DNA of 64,000 bases. It comes from an uncultured virus (IMG/VR IMGVR_UViG_3300012000_000011) (taxonomy: Duplodnaviria > Heunggongvirae > Uroviricota > Caudoviricetes). The DNA is taken from IMG/VR virus record IMGVR_UViG_3300012000_000011. The stretch is one strand, 5' to 3'. The notes below the pieces were generated by a model. It was given only the letters and a program-made list of their open reading frames with translations, was not told the DNA's origin and searched no databases. This document shows, in pieces, positions 59,777-64,000 of the stretch (position 1 is its first letter; every line of letters starts with the position of its first letter). Both the position numbers and the translations under genes were made by a program.

Positions 59777-59784
59777 CTAACAAC

Positions 59785-62106
59785 ATGGCAAGAACTCTTA
59801 AAGGAACAAGAGCGAGAGGATTACCACCCAAAGTATTATTGTCTCAAAGACAAGATACCACTGGTAGCTTTCCAACAATTTGGAGAACATCAAGCGACAA
59901 CCGCACCGGACGCTATCCTGTTTTCTTTAATGACAACAAAGTTGTTACATTCAATCAACCTGTAACAAACGTCGGAATAACAGTAGAAGCAACATATCCA
60001 GAATACGAGGAAAAAGTCGTTACAATCGGTTCTCCCGGCAATCCAGTAAATCAATCAAATCCTATTATATTTGATTATTCATTTTCTGGAACTCCTTTTG
60101 TTGTATTAACAGAGTTAACTCCTAACGCAAACACTCCTATTGTTAATGCGTTTATCGATCCGTTATTCGTTGGAGGGATGACGATTAAGTTCTCTGCACC
60201 ATTTGAAGGAACAATCGTTTACCGAGCGTTATATCAATCTTCACCGGGAAATCCTGTTAACGTTTTAAGATCGCCAAGGTTTGTAAATCAATATTCTTTA
60301 GCTGTTGTAAATAATGCAGAGTTCGATACCAATAATATTCTTGGCAATCCAAACACTGCCGATATTACTTTTTCTGATTTTGGTTCTGTTCCAACAGAAA
60401 ACTATGTAACTTTTTATGATTTTTACACAAACAATCAAGCAAACATATCTTCTAGTATTTCAGTTGTAACAAATACATCTGCTCAAGTAACTGGAAGTGC
60501 TGCTGGTGATGTTGTTTTGTATTACATGGGTGTTGGTACTTCAACCGCTTCTATCGATGTAAGTGGTATTGTATATCCTTTAGTAATGACTCCGCAAGCT
60601 ATTAATGCCGATCTATCTCCAGAAGCTAAATCAGATTTATACAAGCAACCATTCTTTTCTGGTTCTGAGATTGTTAATCAACCTATTGTTGCTTCTGGGA
60701 GTATGAAGAAAAACGTATCAGATATCTTTGTTACGTTTACACCGGGACAAGATATCGAACCTTTTCAAGACTTTGCAAATCCAGAAGTTGATGCAAAAAT
60801 ATCGAACGTAACAAGTTCGAATTATCGGTTTTTTGCAACAGGTAGCTTGGTTGAAACAACAGGTTTAGGTTTTCAACAACCTGTTTGGAGCAAAAACAAG
60901 ATAGAAATTGATATAACTCCAGCAGCCGATCAAACAATAACGATGTATCAAAGCGCAAGCGTTGGAAGTTATCCAATGTATTATTGGAACTTTGCTACGA
61001 AACAATACGAAGGCAAAGGAAACGGTAAAGGGATACAAAGCGTACCAAACACATTGAACGGTCTTAAAACGTTTTTAGAGGAACAAACGTTTGGTTTCGC
61101 TTCAAGTATGGATGTTGGAGGTTTACCAACAGGATTTTCGGAAGGAATATTTAACGTCAAGGGAAGACAAATAAGCGACTTTGGTTTTCCATATCATCCA
61201 AAATTTAAACCAACAACAAATCAACAACTCAATATCGGAAACCATATATCAGAGCCATTTTTACTTGAAAAAGTCGTGATTGAGTTTTATGGTAAACTTA
61301 AACCGCTAGCATCAGGTTCATTTGGAACCACCGCAATATGGACTTTTTTTCTTTTAAACAATCGTCCATCTTTGAGTGGATCTATTTCACCTTCACAGAC
61401 TATTGTTTATCAAACCAATCCCGGTGCGATCACCCCGCCGCTTTCCTTCACAACTAGCTCTTTATTAGATTCAACCGTGTTAGATGTTGTGGATCATATG
61501 CAAATATGCGTATCAAACAGCTTTGATACCAAAGGATATTTGCAAAGAGAGCTTTTGCTTAATTCTGGGGAGTTGGTTGGTCCAATGAACGGTCCACGAC
61601 AATTTGTTTTATCCTCTAGCGTTAAAACCAGTATAGCTTATGAAGCGGGAGCTTATACAGCATATTCCGGTAGTTTTGGTAATGAGTCGGGATTCGTTGA
61701 AAGCTTAGATTATTCTGGAAGAAATCAATTAAATCAAGCAAACGGTAGAGATTGGTCTTCTACCTTTTCAAGTCCTGTTGTCGCAGGAACCGCTTCGTAT
61801 TTTATAGCCAGTTACAACTATACCATTAACGTGAACGAAACATATACAAAACAAAATCCTTATGTTTTGCTACCAACGGATAAGTTGGTTTTCGGCGTAC
61901 AACTTCCTTGGGCCACGGGACTTGGTGGTACGCAATGGAACGATGATTCAACATCAGTTGATTTTTCTCAGTACGGCATCAACAAAATCATTCTTTACGG
62001 TTCAACATTAAGAGTTAATCCAGAAACAAATCAACTTGAAGAATATCATGATACGTTAAATCAGCTTCTTTCTTCAAACAGTATTCATGAAGTGATTGGA
62101 GAATAG
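59785..62106 (+). CDS. Putative virion structural protein
   Basis: Ser/Thr/Gly-rich, FGFPYHPKF, ISEPFLLEKV, PYVLLP.DKL.FG; synteny. Confidence 0.6.
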   Translation: MARTLKGTRARGLPPKVLLSQRQDTTGSFPTIWRTSSDNRTGRYPVFFNDNKVVTFNQPVTNVGITVEATYPEYEEKVVTIGSPGNPVNQSNPIIFDYSFSGTPFVVLTELTPNANTPIVNAFIDPLFVGGMTIKFSAPFEGTIVYRALYQSSPGNPVNVLRSPRFVNQYSLAVVNNAEFDTNNILGNPNTADITFSDFGSVPTENYVTFYDFYTNNQANISSSISVVTNTSAQVTGSAAGDVVLYYMGVGTSTASIDVSGIVYPLVMTPQAINADLSPEAKSDLYKQPFFSGSEIVNQPIVASGSMKKNVSDIFVTFTPGQDIEPFQDFANPEVDAKISNVTSSNYRFFATGSLVETTGLGFQQPVWSKNKIEIDITPAADQTITMYQSASVGSYPMYYWNFATKQYEGKGNGKGIQSVPNTLNGLKTFLEEQTFGFASSMDVGGLPTGFSEGIFNVKGRQISDFGFPYHPKFKPTTNQQLNIGNHISEPFLLEKVVIEFYGKLKPLASGSFGTTAIWTFFLLNNRPSLSGSISPSQTIVYQTNPGAITPPLSFTTSSLLDSTVLDVVDHMQICVSNSFDTKGYLQRELLLNSGELVGPMNGPRQFVLSSSVKTSIAYEAGAYTAYSGSFGNESGFVESLDYSGRNQLNQANGRDWSSTFSSPVVAGTASYFIASYNYTINVNETYTKQNPYVLLPTDKLVFGVQLPWATGLGGTQWNDDSTSVDFSQYGINKIILYGSTLRVNPETNQLEEYHDTLNQLLSSNSIHEVIGE

Positions 62107-62114
62107 TTACCATC

Positions 62115-63320
62115 ATGCCAATCTACGATGTAGAAAATAGATTCTCCTACTACAAAAGCTATTCAGATAACATTCTTGTTGGGCCGCCAAAACCAAAAAT
62201 AGGTGATACAACATGGCTTAGAGCAGTTTCTGGAAGCGTTGTAAGTGGTTCAGAAGAATATAAAGCCGCAACATTTCTTTCGGATTATGTGTTTGAATTT
62301 AACAACAAATTTTTTAGATCTGGTGAAGTTAGATATTTGAAGTTATCATCTATAAACCAACAAATAGAAGATTCGATTGCTCCTTCTCCATTGCAATTGT
62401 GTACAACTGGCACATATGCTTCTGGTGTTTTGGGCCAAAAAAATGGATCATTTACTCCCGAACTTTCAAAAGCAGCAACGTTGTTGTTTGCGATTGATAG
62501 AAAAGTTATAACGGGATCAAATGGCGTTTACTCAGGAAAAAGAGTTAATAATCTTGAATGGTTGGACAGTTATCCTTATGAGAAAAAATATTCGTATGTT
62601 GATCGGGGTATCATTACTTTTATCCCAGTAACCACACGTTATGAGATATATCCAAAGGGTCAGACTCCGGGTTTAGATGAACTTTTATGGTTCGATGCGG
62701 CGGGTGTAGGGGAAAGCTTCACCACATCGAGTCTTCCATATGTTATATATTTTACATCGATAGCTACAACTGGCATAAAATATTACAACGAATTCGCTGA
62801 AAGAACCGGAATAAACGGAACATTTTCTGATGCCGACTCTTCGCTTTCGTTTACTAGCAACAATATATCGTTAACAGCGAAAACGGTTTTTGGAATTAAT
62901 CCACAAGCGATAGAAACACCAAATTCTTTGAGCGTGGTAGGTTCGGTTATAAACTTTTGCAGTGGTGTTTATATTGAAGGTTGGAAATATGGATTATACA
63001 ACGGACTACCAACCAACTTTTCTTGTGTGTTCAGACAAAACCATTACGGTCAACCAATGGATATGCTTGAAGGTAGACCATATACAAAAACATACAACAA
63101 CCCTTTGATTGGCGGGCCTATGGACGAAGGTGGAGGTATTAACTTTATCTCTGGTAGTGCTTTGTCCGGTGAAAGCAATAACTGGTTAACTGCATCGATA
63201 TATCAATCTAAAAACGTTGCAGCGGCTTATGTAGTTAATCCATATGGGTCTGGAATATTCGATAAAGAATACCGTGCTTCTCAACCGTGGCATGATGACG
63301 ATCCAAGAGTAGGAACATAA
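62115..63320 (+). CDS. Putative virion structural protein
   Basis: GWKYGL, FRQNHYGQ..DMLE.R; synteny. Confidence 0.6.
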   Translation: MPIYDVENRFSYYKSYSDNILVGPPKPKIGDTTWLRAVSGSVVSGSEEYKAATFLSDYVFEFNNKFFRSGEVRYLKLSSINQQIEDSIAPSPLQLCTTGTYASGVLGQKNGSFTPELSKAATLLFAIDRKVITGSNGVYSGKRVNNLEWLDSYPYEKKYSYVDRGIITFIPVTTRYEIYPKGQTPGLDELLWFDAAGVGESFTTSSLPYVIYFTSIATTGIKYYNEFAERTGINGTFSDADSSLSFTSNNISLTAKTVFGINPQAIETPNSLSVVGSVINFCSGVYIEGWKYGLYNGLPTNFSCVFRQNHYGQPMDMLEGRPYTKTYNNPLIGGPMDEGGGINFISGSALSGESNNWLTASIYQSKNVAAAYVVNPYGSGIFDKEYRASQPWHDDDPRVGT

Positions 63321-63321
63321 C

Positions 63322-63387
63322 ATGGGTTTACTTGATCCGAAAACACGTAAGAAAATACTTGACGATCATATATATTCATCGAGATGA
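63322..63387 (+). pseudogene. 21-aa mini-ORF MGLLDPKTRKKILDDHIYSSR, probably an interrupted/orphaned gene 5' end
   Basis: ATG begins 1 nt after previous stop with AGGA RBS; stop overlaps endonuclease ATG (ATGA). Confidence 0.5.
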
Positions 63388-64000
63388 AACAGAGTGGAAT
63401 ATATAAGATAGTCAACAATATTAATGGCCGTTGCTATATTGGATCTGCTAAAAATATAAAGCGGCGGTGGCAACATCACATTTGTAGTCTTAAAAAACAA
63501 AGACATTCTACCCCATTTTTACAAGCCGATTACAACAAGTGCGGTCAAAACTGCTTAAATTTTTTGATTTTAGAAGAGTGCGTTGAAGAAGCGATCATCG
63601 AAAGAGAGCAATATTGGTTGAACATATACTATGATGATCAAAACCAGTGTTATAATCTTAGAAAGATTGCCGAATCAAATAGAGGCTACAAAGCTTCTGA
63701 TGCAACAAGGCAAAAGATGAGAGAAGCCAAAAAAGGGTTCAGACCATCTCCTGCAACCATAGAAGGATGCATAAAATACCATTCTGGTAGAAAAAAAGAT
63801 GAAAACGAAAGAAAAGCTATGAGCGATGGCTGGATCAAAAAGTTATCCAGTTTAACAGATGAAGAACGAAAATCACATTCGAATATTTGTAGCGAGAGAA
63901 GTAAAAGAGCATGGACAGATCCAGTCATAAGACAAAAATTGCTAGAAGCTAGGGCGAAAGAGCGGCCTTATAGAAGAAAAGCAGTCATCCAATATGATCT
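63384..64000 (+). mobile_element. GIY-YIG homing endonuclease, 3'-truncated by window edge (not in ORF track)
   Basis: Own translation: MKQSGIYKIVNNINGRCYIGSAKNIKRRWQHH...FLQADYNKCG...EREQYW...CYNL; frame open to 64000. Confidence 0.9.

Noticed and set aside
1..63320. Bacterial contractile injection system or T6SS locus
   Set aside because: Tail genes co-occur with phage-type SSB, late sigma, RecA and homing endonucleases; no bacterial housekeeping context
1..64000. CRISPR array, tRNA or rRNA genes
   Set aside because: No regularly spaced repeats or cloverleaf/T-loop signatures seen in the few intergenic gaps; a covariance scan would be definitive
1..64000. Stop-codon reassignment as in some large phages
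   Set aside because: Conserved genes are full length in the standard code and end in TAA, TAG and TGA

Overview
AT-rich, gene-dense segment of a large contractile-tailed (myovirus-like, probably jumbo) bacteriophage genome, standard genetic code, almost all genes on +. Layout: tail module I (tape measure 3' end, tube-initiator-like, LysM/gp53-like, hub; 1-11.4 kb); replication/recombination (exonuclease-less family A polymerase, HD protein, gp32-like SSB, RecA; 11.4-16 kb); accessory genes (GGCT, putative head-internal proteins, two lipoproteins, MnmA, a family of small paralogues, deaminase, C5 DNA methyltransferase, IMPDH/GMP reductase, Cas4-like nuclease; 16-30.4 kb); a ~15 kb nucleotide-sugar/glycosyltransferase cluster (30.4-45.2 kb); a gp55-like late sigma factor; tail/baseplate module II (46.7-63.3 kb). 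Most striking: four paralogous free-standing GIY-YIG endonuclease genes sit at junctions of structural genes. Two are flanked by duplicates of the upstream gene's 3' end (49 nt and 66 nt, differences mostly synonymous), a third by a short degenerate repeat, and the fourth follows an orphan gene start. Three have an RBS-sequestering hairpin with a putative late promoter in the loop. Other signals: apparent avoidance of CCWGG (all 23 Pro-Gly codon pairs found use CCS-GGN), strong [S/T]-G-S enrichment in distal tail proteins near the glycan cluster, and a gene flanked by a duplicated promoter/RBS. All product calls come from motif recognition by eye; no database searches were run.
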